This document shows, in pieces, positions 19,072-29,422 of a DNA stretch of 64,000 nucleotides. The notes under the pieces were generated by a model. The model did no database searches. It worked only from the letters and a program-made list of their open reading frames with translations, and had not been told where the DNA came from. A program made the translations under genes and the position numbers. Numbering within the stretch: the first letter of the stretch is position 1; the number at the start of each line of letters is the position of its first letter. Source of the stretch: an uncultured Chthonomonadaceae bacterium (GTDB lineage Bacteria > Armatimonadota > Chthonomonadetes > Chthonomonadales > Chthonomonadaceae); NCBI GenBank assembly GCA_963817895.1, contig CAWFQB010000004.1:448001-512000 (forward strand), given 5' to 3'.

Positions 19072-21600
19072 TTAATCCTCATCTTTGTCGCTTGTTTTGC
19101 GGGTCACGCCCACGACGCTGCGCACGGGCGCGGGGTAGGGAACCTTTTCGCCCTTCACGCTGGCCCACAGGACGCGGTTCAGTTTGTTCTCATCCGCGCG
19201 GTCATAATCGGAGAAGTCCAGTTTGCGGGATGTGGCCGCGCCAACCGCGTTGTTGCCGTTTTTCGCGGCAAGGTCAATGCGCGGCGGAATGAGCGTGTAC
19301 CCGGACATATCGGCGTTGCGGGTGAAACTGGCGAACATGGGCGGCGCGGACGCATCGTACTGCGTCATCGGGTTCAGTCCGAGTATCAGTTCCATCGTGC
19401 GCAGCATGGACGCTTGCGAGTACATGGAACTGTCCACGTAGTTGCGCTTGGTATACGGGCTGACGACGAGCGCGACGGTGCGGTGCGAATCAACGTGATC
19501 CGGGCCGTTCTGCGCGTCATCCTCCACGATGAAAATAGCCGTATCCTTCCATGACGCGGAATGGGAAATGCCATCCACGATTTTGCCGATGGCCTGATCG
19601 TTGGAAGCCACTGCCGCTTTGGGCGTGAACGCGCCCGGTGTCGTTCCCCGCGTGTGGTCTTCGCCAAGCGACATCACCATGAAGTTCGGCAGGGCGTTTT
19701 TCTGCTCGAAATCCTTCCACTCCGACAAGAAACATATCGGCCTTGTCGGTATCCCGGAACGGTTTGCCCTTCGGCCAGCCCACGCCCACGAACCTCGCGC
19801 TGCCATGCCCGATAAGGCTGGTGGTTGCGGCTTCGACGGGTTCGGGTTCGGTCGCGCTGGTTGTCGCCTTGAACAACTCGCCATACGAGCGGAACGACAA
19901 ACCCTTCGCTTTGCAGGCGTCCCAAATATAACCGGATTGCGGCTCACTCACGCTCGGCGACTCGCGCAGGCTGCCCTTGCCGGAATAGGAATATACCCAC
20001 GCCCGCTGCATGAACTCCGTGACAATCCCCGCGTCGCACCACTGATGCCCGTCAACCGACACTTCGCCATTGCAGTAGAAATTGTCCAGAAGGACAAACT
20101 GTTCGGCAAGCGCATGGTGATTGGGCGTTACGTCGCGCCCGAACAGGGTTAAATCCGGGTCGCCGTTGCCTTTGGGAATGTCGCCGAATACCTGATCGTA
20201 AGTGCGGTTCTCTTTGATGATGTAAACGATATGCTTGATGGGTGAGGGTTCGCCTACATTGCGTCGGCACGGCAGTTCCTTCGCTCAACTGCGCGGTTTT
20301 GATGATGGCTCCGGGCGTGTTGGCATACACCTGCTGCGAGTATTTTTGCAGTTGCGGGTCATCCGGCACATCCACGAAACTCAAAAAGCCGTTCAGCTGC
20401 GCCCCGATGTACTGGAACTTATAATCGGCGGGCGCGACCGGCGCGGCGGGCTTCACTTTGCCGGGGTTGGGATGCGAACCAACGCCTTTGCCGCTGCCGA
20501 CAATCAGTTTCTTCCCGTCCGGGCTGATGTGAATCGAAGTGGGATACCAGCCGGTCGGAATAAAGCCTTTTACTTTGCTTTCGCCGGGTTTGGAAACATC
20601 AATCACGCATACGTCGTTGTTGTCGGCATTGGCGACGTACAGGGTTTTGTCGTCCGGGGAAAGCGCAACCGCAACGGGCGTGCTGCCGGTCGGGTCTTTG
20701 GGCAGAAGCGTAGTGCGGATTTTCTCCGACAGTTTGCCGTCCGCAAGGGTATAAGCGTAAACGGCATCCGCGTTGCCGCACGATACGAAGATGCGCCCAT
20801 CTCTGGAAAACGCGAATTCGTTGGGATGTTCGCCCGTTTCCACTTTGCCCGCGACTTTCGGGTTCATCGGATCGTGAACGTCCACCGCCGCGCCGGATTT
20901 GCCGCCCAAGCAGGTGACGGACAAGATGGTTCCGTTTGCCACCAACTGACATGCGTAGGGATGATCGCCGACTTCCACGCTGGATTTGGCGTCGCCCGTA
21001 TTGGCGTCCAGAATGTAGAGTTTGTTGTCCGAGTTGTTTAGCGCGTACAGGATTTTGCCGTCCGGGGAAAGCGCGATTCCCGCCACGCAGGTTGTTTTCG
21101 CGCCGTTGCCCGTGAGTTTGAGGATTTTGCCCTCCGCCCATTTGCCGCCCGTATTCTCAATCGTGTAAATGTCGTTGCCTGCTGTGGAAACGCCGCCGCC
21201 GACATAGATTTTCGTGCCGTCCGGCGACCATGCAAGGCCATTCCACGTATGCGGAATGGCGAATTTTGGCAACCTCTTTTTCACCGGCAATGTCCACAAT
21301 ATGCAGCGCGTGTTTGGCGTAGCCAGCGTTGCAAATGGCAAGCAATTTCCCATCAGGGCTGATGGCCCCGCCGAGCAGCATATCTCCTGTGGGGATTGCC
21401 GGACGACCTGCCGGCGTAATTTTCCAGCCGTTGAAAAGCAGCGTGGCGTCGTTGTCTTTGCCGGGAACCGTGAGCGGCTGCCCGGTATGGGGGTGGGTAG
21501 TGTGGGCCTCCAGCAGCCGGGGCAATCGCGCCGCCGCGCCCAATCCAATCGCAACAATGCCTGCGCCGACAAGCGCGGCAGTGGAAGCGCGTACTCGCAT
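19072..21600 (-). CDS. Bifunctional YncE/YVTN beta-propeller plus alkaline-phosphatase-family phosphoesterase, about 3 frameshifts
   Basis: NGWKITPAG; ALSPD.KTLYVANADNNDV; GFIPTGWYPT; EDDAQNGPDHVDSHRT and SMLRTMELILGL.PMTQYDA spread over four ORFs (shifts near 21265, 20260, 19735). Confidence 0.85.
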
Positions 21601-21792
21601 AATAACAACTCCTTTGCTCAGACAGCAGAACAATTCTAACGATCAACTCTATTCAAGCATAGCCGCGAATGAACGCGAATAAACGCGAATGGCTTCGACG
21701 TTTTGATGCGCAGAGCGTTCTGCTGCGTATGGCAGATCGCTTTGAAGGTAATGCGCGATTGTAGCATATCCGCGTTAAGGTAATGTTAAACT

Positions 21793-22020
21793 TTAGCTGC
21801 CAAGCGGAATCCCGCAATGGGGGCAGATGGAGTACGCCTGCGACATGGAGGAATCGCAGTGGCGGCAATAGGCGTGGTTGCGGGGCGCGGCGGTGGGCGC
21901 GTCCTCTTCCGGTTCCAGCGGACGCGATTTTTCCCGTTCCTCCACAACGCGCAGTTGATTCAGGTCATAGCGGTTCCGGTTTCGCCACTTGCGCCACGCT
22001 TCCAAAAGCGGAAAGGCCAT
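21793..22020 (-). CDS. Small zinc-ribbon protein
   Basis: 75 aa with C-terminal CRHC...CPHCG; abuts the GNAT stop codon. Confidence 0.6.
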   Translation of the reverse strand: MAFPLLEAWRKWRNRNRYDLNQLRVVEEREKSRPLEPEEDAPTAAPRNHAYCRHCDSSMSQAYSICPHCGIPLGS

Positions 22021-22021
22021 T

Positions 22022-22615
22022 TTAATCTCCTCTGACAGCTTCCCTGAAACCCTGATGCGGAAACCGAGCGTAGATCAACGTATCGCGCAGCGCGCCATCC
22101 GGCGCGACCCTCTCGTTGACGAGCGTGGCTTCCAGAGCATAGCCCGCGCGCTCCGCTACCCTGCGGCTTCGCAGATTGCGCGCGTCGCAGCGTATCTCGA
22201 TGCGACGCGCGCCGAACACCTCAAAACCGATGCGCGTCAGCGCTTGTACCGTTTCCGTGACATACCCCTGTCCCTGACAGGTGGCGCGACACCAGTAACC
22301 GATCTCGAATGAGGGAACCTGCCAGTGTAATGGGTGCAATCCCGCGCATAGCGCCAACGCGCCGGTTGTTTTCAGATACGCCCGGACGTTGAAATCTTCG
22401 CCCGCGAGGAACTGCACCCGCGCGCCCGCCTGTCGCTGTTCGGTCTCCTCCACTTCCGGCATATAGCTGGCCCACTCCATCCAGGTATGCAGGTCGGCGT
22501 ATGTTTCGCGGATGGCGGCATTTATTTCGCTTCCATCGCCTTCGCGCGGCGCGCGGATCAGCAGTCGCGCCGTCTCGATCTGCTCAGGGAATACAGGCCG
22601 TTCCCGGGCTGCCAT
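22022..22615 (-). CDS. GNAT N-acetyltransferase, RimJ/RimL type
   Basis: IETARLLIR, FEIGYW...QGQGY.TE and N.RSRRVAERAGY..E motifs. Confidence 0.9.
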   Translation of the reverse strand: MAARERPVFPEQIETARLLIRAPREGDGSEINAAIRETYADLHTWMEWASYMPEVEETEQRQAGARVQFLAGEDFNVRAYLKTTGALALCAGLHPLHWQVPSFEIGYWCRATCQGQGYVTETVQALTRIGFEVFGARRIEIRCDARNLRSRRVAERAGYALEATLVNERVAPDGALRDTLIYARFPHQGFREAVRGD

Positions 22616-23376
22616 CAGCGTCTATCCTCTTGCTCAGGAAGCGGCGGTAACAGGTTTGCGACATTAATTGAGGTTTGCGGCAATGCCAACGGCGCAACGC
22701 TGTCAGTTTCGGTGTAAACGGTCAATGTCTGGTAGGCGAACACTGAAGGCTGGTTGGGCAGGGGCGCGGGGTCGCGGCGCACTTGCAAGGTTCGGTTGTT
22801 GACATTGAGCAGCCAGTAATCGGCAAGCCCCGCTTCGGCGTACAACGCGGCTTTTTGGTTCTGGTCGTAGCGCAACGTCGTGTCCGAGATTTCAATCAGC
22901 AGTACCACGTCCGCCTGCGTTGGATGCTGTATATAATCTTCCCACGAGCCGGGTACAACCAGAATATCGGGTTCCGGTTCGCCATCCGTTGACAGCAGAA
23001 GCGGCAACTGCTGGCGCACATCAAATCCCGGCCCGAATACTCGCGTTGTGGTTTGTGATGAAGCGCGTAACGCAAGCGTATGCGGCGGATTTTGCGGCAT
23101 TTTGATGTACACTTTTCCTTTAATGAGTTCCACGCGCTGACCATCAAACCAGCCCAACTCCGCAGCCTGCTCGTACTCCCTGCGCGTCCAACGCCATTCC
23201 TCCCCGAGATATTTGTAATAGACAGTGCCGCCGAGAAGTTCGACCTTTTCATCACCATTGAACCAGCCAAGTTCTCCTGCCTGATAGTACAAGCGGCGCG
23301 TCATCTGCCATTTGTGTACGCCTTCCTCTTTTACAAACTCATTCAGTTCTTCATTTTCGATTTCGAGAACGCTCAT
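22615..23376 (-). CDS. Uma2 (DUF820) family endonuclease with duplicated N-terminal module
   Basis: RVELIKG...MPQNPPH, EPEPDILVV, LLIEISDTTLRYD..K..LYAEAG..DYW. Confidence 0.9.
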   Translation of the reverse strand: MSVLEIENEELNEFVKEEGVHKWQMTRRLYYQAGELGWFNGDEKVELLGGTVYYKYLGEEWRWTRREYEQAAELGWFDGQRVELIKGKVYIKMPQNPPHTLALRASSQTTTRVFGPGFDVRQQLPLLLSTDGEPEPDILVVPGSWEDYIQHPTQADVVLLIEISDTTLRYDQNQKAALYAEAGLADYWLLNVNNRTLQVRRDPAPLPNQPSVFAYQTLTVYTETDSVAPLALPQTSINVANLLPPLPEQEDRR

Positions 23377-23386
23377 GATATTGTCC

Positions 23387-23917
23387 TCATGGATTAGCGC
23401 AAAATCGCTTCCAGTAGTTTTCCCACGCCTGATACGCCACTCTTGCGTCCGCAAACCCTTCCTGTTCTGTCGCCATAAACGTCAGGAACGCGCAAATTGC
23501 AGCAGATTGTTCCAGTGTGAACAGACGGAATTTCTCCATGCAATGCTCCCGCAGGCGCGGAGTAAAGTTCAGGGCATAGATGGTGTTATCAACAGACGTT
23601 GAACCGGAATGTTCGTAGTTTTGCAGCGTCCACACCATATAAGCAGGCAGGTAGTACCGAAAGCCTATTGGGTCCAGGAACGACAATATCGAGTAATAAT
23701 TTTCGATGTCTGAGGCGGGAACATCTTCCCATCGTCGTTCCGTGTCCAGTTTACGGGCGCGAACACGTTGTTTGTCGGAGGCGCAGCAATCTATCAGCCA
23801 CGCCTCATGCAGTGTGACGCCGCCTTCCCGCTTGACGCCTTTGAAAGCGGCGTGTATTTGCGCAATCAGCGTTGATTTGTGCTGCTCAAGATTCATATGG
23901 ATTTCATCCATTATCAA
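23387..23917 (-). CDS. Hypothetical protein, DUF6714-like
   Basis: I..AF.GV.R..G.TL.EA...D and LSFLD..GFRYYLPAYM motifs. Confidence 0.6.
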   Translation of the reverse strand: MIMDEIHMNLEQHKSTLIAQIHAAFKGVKREGGVTLHEAWLIDCCASDKQRVRARKLDTERRWEDVPASDIENYYSILSFLDPIGFRYYLPAYMVWTLQNYEHSGSTSVDNTIYALNFTPRLREHCMEKFRLFTLEQSAAICAFLTFMATEQEGFADARVAYQAWENYWKRFCANP

Positions 23918-23929
23918 TCTGAAAGCCCC

Positions 23930-24961
23930 TCAACCAGCCACCGGCACATCTACCACGCGATTCTCTTCCCAACTGGTTTTGGCGGCTTCGATGATCTCCT
24001 GCACCGCAAGGCCGTCCTCGCCGCTTGCTTCGATCTCTTCACGCGGAACTTTGGCGTCAATCTGCTCCAGCCAGCGGGCGATGCGCTTGTCGAACGTTTG
24101 GCCGAAACTGGTCATTCCGCCCATGATGCTGTTGCGCGTGACGGTCAATTCCTGACTGCGGCGCGGAAACAGCGTCAGTTCCTCGTACAAATTGTCCAGC
24201 ACAAAGCGGCCTTCGCTTCCCATCAGTTCGCAACGCTCCAGGTTGTGCGCGGGGTTGGCGTCGTAACTGCCCGTCAAATGCCCGACTACGCCGTTCTGAA
24301 ACAGAATGTTGACCTGCGCGTTCGACCAGCACACGCGCTTGCCGTCCGGCCCATCTTCGCGGGGGGCGCGGTTGAAGAACGCCTGCACCTTTTGGGCGTT
24401 GCCGCAAAAATAGCGCATGATGTCCAGACTGTGCGGATGCAGGGCGCGAATGTGGAACCAGGGCGAAGTTTCGTTCGGGTTGCCGATCCACATGGTCATG
24501 TTCATCAGCAGGGGCGTTCCCAATTTGCCTTCGGTCAGCCATTCTTTGGCTTTGGCGGTCGGCGGCGTGAAGCGGTGGTTGAGATTGATGCCGTAGTACA
24601 CGCCTTTCGCTTTGGCCGTCGCCACCATTTCCCGCGCGTGTTCGATATTGTTGCTGATGGGTTTTTCGCCCAGTACGTGCAATCCCGCGTTTAGGCACTC
24701 CATTGTGGGCGGATAGTGGTCGCCTCCATTATCCGCGCCCGCCGAGCAGACCGAAACCGCGTCCAGTTCGCTCCCCACGTCGGAAAGCATCTCCTGAACG
24801 CTGTACCACTTTTTCACGCCGTCGCGCGCCGCCGACTTATCCGCCCGCTCCTGATTGATGTCGCAGTAGCCGAGCAGTTCGGAAAGCGGATGCTTCAAAT
24901 AAATAGGCCCGTGCGTGTTGCCGATGCCGCCACAGCCGATTACGGCCACTTTCAACGCCAT
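23930..24961 (-). CDS. Gfo/Idh/MocA family oxidoreductase
   Basis: VIGCGGIG Rossmann motif, HVLGEKP, NHRF. Confidence 0.92.
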   Translation of the reverse strand: MALKVAVIGCGGIGNTHGPIYLKHPLSELLGYCDINQERADKSAARDGVKKWYSVQEMLSDVGSELDAVSVCSAGADNGGDHYPPTMECLNAGLHVLGEKPISNNIEHAREMVATAKAKGVYYGINLNHRFTPPTAKAKEWLTEGKLGTPLLMNMTMWIGNPNETSPWFHIRALHPHSLDIMRYFCGNAQKVQAFFNRAPREDGPDGKRVCWSNAQVNILFQNGVVGHLTGSYDANPAHNLERCELMGSEGRFVLDNLYEELTLFPRRSQELTVTRNSIMGGMTSFGQTFDKRIARWLEQIDAKVPREEIEASGEDGLAVQEIIEAAKTSWEENRVVDVPVAG

Positions 24962-25079
24962 TGTAGTTTGTCTCCTTGGAAGTATGTTGATTACAACAAA
25001 GGTAGGTTCGTTATGGAACAGGCGCGTACCTGCCTGATTTTGAACTCCGCCCTGCTAAATCAAGAGGCGTATAGAGAAA

Positions 25080-25898
25080 TCAATAGCTTCGTCCGGCATG
25101 ATGAAGCAGAACGGGGGATACCGCTTTGAGGCCATCCTCGTCCGCGAGATCGGATAGTATCTGCCACATTGCCTGCCATAATTCACATTCGCGTTCTAAG
25201 ATGGCGCGTTCCCGGGGTTCCAGATCGCCGATTTCTTTGCGCCGCGCAAGCTCATGGCGGGCATGATACCAATGCGATTGCGTCAGCCAGAAATCCGGTT
25301 CCTCGACAAACCCGAAACGCGCATGCCAGGCCGTACTCGCCTCATTTGCCGGATGGTAGCTGCTGCTTATATGGGAATAGCCCTGAGTGTACAGCGCGTT
25401 CATCGCGTCGGATACAAGCGCGGATGCCAGTCCCTGACGCTGCCAGGCCGGACGAACGTACAGCAGGTCCAGAAATGGCCCAAGAGGATCGCGCACAACC
25501 AGCGCCGCGCCTGCAATCTGTGACGGCTCCTGATCCGTCGCAGCTGTCACCGCCACGCGCGACACCTCCAGACGTTCTCCTCGCCGCCCCCGATACCAGC
25601 CTCCCACGCATCTTTCCGCCGAGCCGAGAAACTTCTCTTCCGACCAATCGCAATACTCCACGCTGTCATGAAAACATTCCAGAAACGCTTCGCATAACTC
25701 CGGTTCGTCTTCGGGCAGCGCGGGGCGCAATGTCAGACCGCCGCGAACCTCGCGCAAAGTCACAGGCACACGCGCGTAAACCGCCCATTCGCGGGGCTGA
25801 ATATGCGCTTCCCCGTCCCAATATTCATACTTCCAGCCAAATTTACGTGGTATCCGATGATACTCTTCAATGGACATAGGAATAATTCGCGTTTGCAT
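25080..25898 (-). CDS. GNAT family N-acetyltransferase
   Basis: GWKYEYWDG N-terminal motif; V.P.WQRQGLA..L acetyl-CoA motif; N..S.AW...FGF. Confidence 0.8.
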   Translation of the reverse strand: MQTRIIPMSIEEYHRIPRKFGWKYEYWDGEAHIQPREWAVYARVPVTLREVRGGLTLRPALPEDEPELCEAFLECFHDSVEYCDWSEEKFLGSAERCVGGWYRGRRGERLEVSRVAVTAATDQEPSQIAGAALVVRDPLGPFLDLLYVRPAWQRQGLASALVSDAMNALYTQGYSHISSSYHPANEASTAWHARFGFVEEPDFWLTQSHWYHARHELARRKEIGDLEPRERAILERECELWQAMWQILSDLADEDGLKAVSPVLLHHAGRSY

Positions 25899-26032
25899 CG
25901 TTTTATAGGATTTCAAGGACGGTTTCCTTTTCGCAACGGCAGGGAAACAGGCTTGCCGAGTCGAACGTAAGCATAAGAAGATTTTACCCTCTTGAAAACC
26001 GATACTAAATAGAACGGGAGAATAGAGTTTCA

Positions 26033-27046
26033 ATGCTGCGCGCGTGTGTTATCGGGCTAGGGCCTATCGGCAATCTTCATGCCGACATTTATCAATCTAT
26101 TCAGCGTACCGAACAATTGGCGGAACTGGCGGGCGTATGCGACACGAACCCGGAACGCGCCCGCAAAGCCGGAGAACGCCTGAAGGTTCCCTTTTATACG
26201 AATACGGCGGAGATGCTGAAAGCGGAAACGCCGGACGTTTGCAGCGTGGCGACGGGCGGTTATGAGTATTCCAGCGACCACCACGCGCCAACCCTTCAGG
26301 CATTGCGGGCGGGCTGCCATGTGCTGTGCGAAAAACCCATCAGCAACGAAATCGCCCACGCCGAAGAGATGGTTCAGGTAGCCCGCGAACTGGGCCGTTG
26401 TTTCGGCATTGACTTCAACCACCGCTTTACGCCTGCCGCCCGCCTTGCGAAACAGTGGCTTGATGAGGGCAGATTGGGCGACCTGCTGTTTGTCAATGTG
26501 GCGCTGTGGATCGGCAGGCCCGAACCGTTCGAGTCGCCATACTACCATCTCAAAGCCCTCAATCCGCACTCCATTGATCTGATACGACGCTTTTGCGGAG
26601 ATATTGAAAAGGTACAGTGTTTTGCGATGCAGGCTCCGGGCCGTAATATCTGGTCTACCGCGTCCTTCAACTTCCAACTGGCGAACGGCATGGTGGGGCA
26701 TTTAACGAGCAGTTACGACATTGCGCGCGGGCATCCCATGGAACGGTGCGAAGTGGCAGGAACAGGTGGTCGGTTCGTGATTGACGATATGTGGCGCGAA
26801 GCCACGCTGTACCCGGCAGGCGATTCCACCAAATCCGTTTACACGAACCCGGTATTCGGCGGCTATCGGGATTTCAACGATACCTTTCGCGCCCGCATCC
26901 TCGGCTTTGTCCAACAGGTGGCGGACGGAACCGCTCCCGAATCTATTGACGGTTCGGGCGCGGACGGACTGGCCGCGCAAAAAGTGATACAGGCCGCCAT
27001 CGAATCGCTGAATACGGGACAAATCGTTGCCGTCAGCAGCCTCTAA
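26033..27046 (+). CDS. Gfo/Idh/MocA family oxidoreductase, paralogue of 23930..24961
   Basis: VIGLGPIG, HVLCEKP, NHRFTP. Confidence 0.92.
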   Translation: MLRACVIGLGPIGNLHADIYQSIQRTEQLAELAGVCDTNPERARKAGERLKVPFYTNTAEMLKAETPDVCSVATGGYEYSSDHHAPTLQALRAGCHVLCEKPISNEIAHAEEMVQVARELGRCFGIDFNHRFTPAARLAKQWLDEGRLGDLLFVNVALWIGRPEPFESPYYHLKALNPHSIDLIRRFCGDIEKVQCFAMQAPGRNIWSTASFNFQLANGMVGHLTSSYDIARGHPMERCEVAGTGGRFVIDDMWREATLYPAGDSTKSVYTNPVFGGYRDFNDTFRARILGFVQQVADGTAPESIDGSGADGLAAQKVIQAAIESLNTGQIVAVSSL

Positions 27047-27269
27047 AATGGAGAGTGGAGAGTGAAGAGTGGAGAGATAGGTGACTGCGAACTTTCCGAA
27101 TACCAATTGGCTCTAATTTCCCTGAACGCTTCCCGCGAAATTCCCCTGAATTGTACGGTAAATGCCGCCGATAATGAGACAGGATACTCCAGCCAGCAGA
27201 ATTTTACTCCCCTTTCCCGGCTATCCCTGTTGTCATCATCCTGTCCCATTCTCGCGGAGGCCGTTTGCA

Positions 27270-28946
27270 ATGCAGATCAAAGAATATGAGGCGTATACGC
27301 TGAAAGAGTGCCTCCAACAGGTGCGCGACGACCTCGGCCCCGAAGCGGTGATTCTGGAAACGCGCAAAATCCGCAAGGGCGGCGTGTTGGGAATGGGCTC
27401 GCGGGATGCGGTCTGCATTGTGGCGGCCATCGGCATCAGCGTGAAAGAGGATCTGGCGTCACGGCGCAGTGCCGCTCCTGCCGCAGCCACGCGCGGACAA
27501 GCAAGCGCCCCGACGCGGGCTGCCAAAGCGGAAAACGACATGGTTGCGCGCGCCAAATCTGTGATTGCGGCGGACAGAAGTAGCGGCAGCGCGAGGCAGG
27601 AACCGGATGTGGAACCGCGCGGCAGCCGCCCCGCCCCGCGCAACACTTCCCCCGCCTTGAATTCACCCGATTTCCCCGCCACCGAAGTGCCCGCCCGAAC
27701 TGCGCCCACCACAGGGCAAAATTCCGCCGTCGCCGCCGCCCGCAACGCTTATGCCCGTTCCAATGGCGGTTCGGCTGCGAAAAACGTTCCGGCTTCCAAT
27801 GCCCCCACGTCCCGCGCCGCCGCGTCCCAGCCCGTTTCGCAAACGGCGCAGGAACGCCGGCCCGCCCCGGCCTACGAGTTACGCATGGACGAAGTTGAGG
27901 AAGAGGAAGAAAAGGAGACGCAATCCTCAATCGGCAACCGGCAATCCACAATCGTCAATCGCCAATCGTCAATCGCCAATCTAGCGGAGGAGGCGCGTTT
28001 TGCTATTCTGGAACAGGCGATGCGCGAAATTCGCGAGGGTCTGTCGGCTTTGCAGCGCGAACAGAAGACGAGCCATGAACGGACGGTTTCCGCTGTTGTT
28101 TCCGCTGTCACGCCTGCCATTAACGCCGCCACCCATACCGCTCAGTTGACTTCGCTGGCGGACGCGAACACGCCGCGCTTTCCCGAAATCCATGCCCGTT
28201 TGGTAGAAACCGGCGTATCTTCCGCCCTTGCGCACGAACTGCTGGACGAACTGCCGGATTTCAGCGCGTGGAGCGAGGAGGCGCAGGAACCTCTGGCTAT
28301 TTCCGGCTTGCGGGACCTGATTGCGCGCCGCGTGTGCAGCGCAGGCCCTATTGACCTGACGCCGGGGCAACTGAAAGCGGTTGCCTTAATCGGGCCGACG
28401 GGCGTAGGTAAAACTACCACGATTGCCAAACTCGCCGCGCATTTCGCGCTTGTGGAAAAGAAAAAAGTGGCACTGCTGACGATGGACACGTATCGTATCG
28501 CCGCGGTCGAGCAGTTAAAGATTTACAGCCAGATTTTGGACATTCCGGTTGGCGTAGCGTACAGTCAGGCGGAACTCGCGCCGGTCATCGCGCAGTTTGT
28601 GGATTTCGATCTGCTGCTCATTGATACCGCCGGACGCAGCCAGAAGAACATCATGCAGGTCGGGGAGTTGAAATCGCTGCTGGAAGCGGTCGGCTGCGAA
28701 ACGCATCTGGTTTTATCTTCGCAAACCAAAGAGCAGGATATGCTGGAATCCATACAGCGGTTCGCCGCCGCCCGCGTGGATCGCCTGATTTTCAGCAAGC
28801 TGGACGAGACCGACAGTTACGGCACACTGCTCAACGTGGCGTACCGAACCGGTCTTCCGCTTTCTTATCTGACAACCGGGCAGAAAGTGCCGGAAGATTT
28901 AGAACTGGCCGATGGCGGCAAACTGGCTGGCCTGCTGCTTGCCTGA
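27270..28946 (+). CDS. flhF: Flagellar biosynthesis SRP-family GTPase FlhF
   Basis: MQIKEYEA...VRDDLGPEAVILETRK N-domain; GPTGVGKTTTIAKLAA, DTYRIAAVEQL, DTAGRS, SKLDET, TTGQKVPEDL. Confidence 0.95.
   Translation: MQIKEYEAYTLKECLQQVRDDLGPEAVILETRKIRKGGVLGMGSRDAVCIVAAIGISVKEDLASRRSAAPAAATRGQASAPTRAAKAENDMVARAKSVIAADRSSGSARQEPDVEPRGSRPAPRNTSPALNSPDFPATEVPARTAPTTGQNSAVAAARNAYARSNGGSAAKNVPASNAPTSRAAASQPVSQTAQERRPAPAYELRMDEVEEEEEKETQSSIGNRQSTIVNRQSSIANLAEEARFAILEQAMREIREGLSALQREQKTSHERTVSAVVSAVTPAINAATHTAQLTSLADANTPRFPEIHARLVETGVSSALAHELLDELPDFSAWSEEAQEPLAISGLRDLIARRVCSAGPIDLTPGQLKAVALIGPTGVGKTTTIAKLAAHFALVEKKKVALLTMDTYRIAAVEQLKIYSQILDIPVGVAYSQAELAPVIAQFVDFDLLLIDTAGRSQKNIMQVGELKSLLEAVGCETHLVLSSQTKEQDMLESIQRFAAARVDRLIFSKLDETDSYGTLLNVAYRTGLPLSYLTTGQKVPEDLELADGGKLAGLLLA
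27921..27980 (+). repeat. In-frame heptamer tandem repeat (CAATCNN units) within flhF
   Basis: caatcct caatcgg caaccgg caatcca caatcgt caatcgc caatcgt caatcgc caat encodes QSSIGNRQSTIVNRQSSIAN. Confidence 0.85.
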
Positions 28947-29090
28947 CCCATTTCCTGAACTTCCGCAAAAGCGGAATACGATGTAGAAGCCAACCGAAAA
29001 CTTCACAAATTTTCAACTCCTGCCCTTCAATGTCTGTCAGACCTCGAAGGGCAGGGGTGTTTTTGCTGTACGACTGCCCGGCTTTTAGTG

Positions 29091-29120
29091 TTGACGGCAA
29101 TATAAAAATTTCCGTATAAT
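29091..29120 (+). promoter_or_regulatory. Sigma-70-like promoter
   Basis: TTGACG-N18-TATAAT upstream of the 29174 ORF. Confidence 0.55.
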
Positions 29121-29173
29121 AGCAAGTATGGACGTAGGCGGAACAAGAAGCGCGTCTCAAAGGAAGAAACAAC

Positions 29174-29389
29174 ATGGAACGCTACTTCTGTCTTTTTCCC
29201 ATTGTGGGAGGTATTCTTATCCTGCTATACCCTTCTCAGGCGAGAGAAGTTTATGCGGCTCTCAGCGCGTCCAAATGGCAGCGCGATTTCACGCTGCGTT
29301 GCAGTGACTTTGCCTTTCGCGTGTTGGGCGTAGGGATCATTGCGTTTGGTATCTTCTTTCTGTGTCTGTTACAAACAACCCCTCATTAA
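29174..29389 (+). CDS. Small two-TM membrane protein
   Basis: RBS aagga, promoter upstream, two hydrophobic segments. Confidence 0.55.
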   Translation: MERYFCLFPIVGGILILLYPSQAREVYAALSASKWQRDFTLRCSDFAFRVLGVGIIAFGIFFLCLLQTTPH

Positions 29390-29422
29390 GTTATTTCGCG
29401 GCATTTCAGAACGGACAATTTC

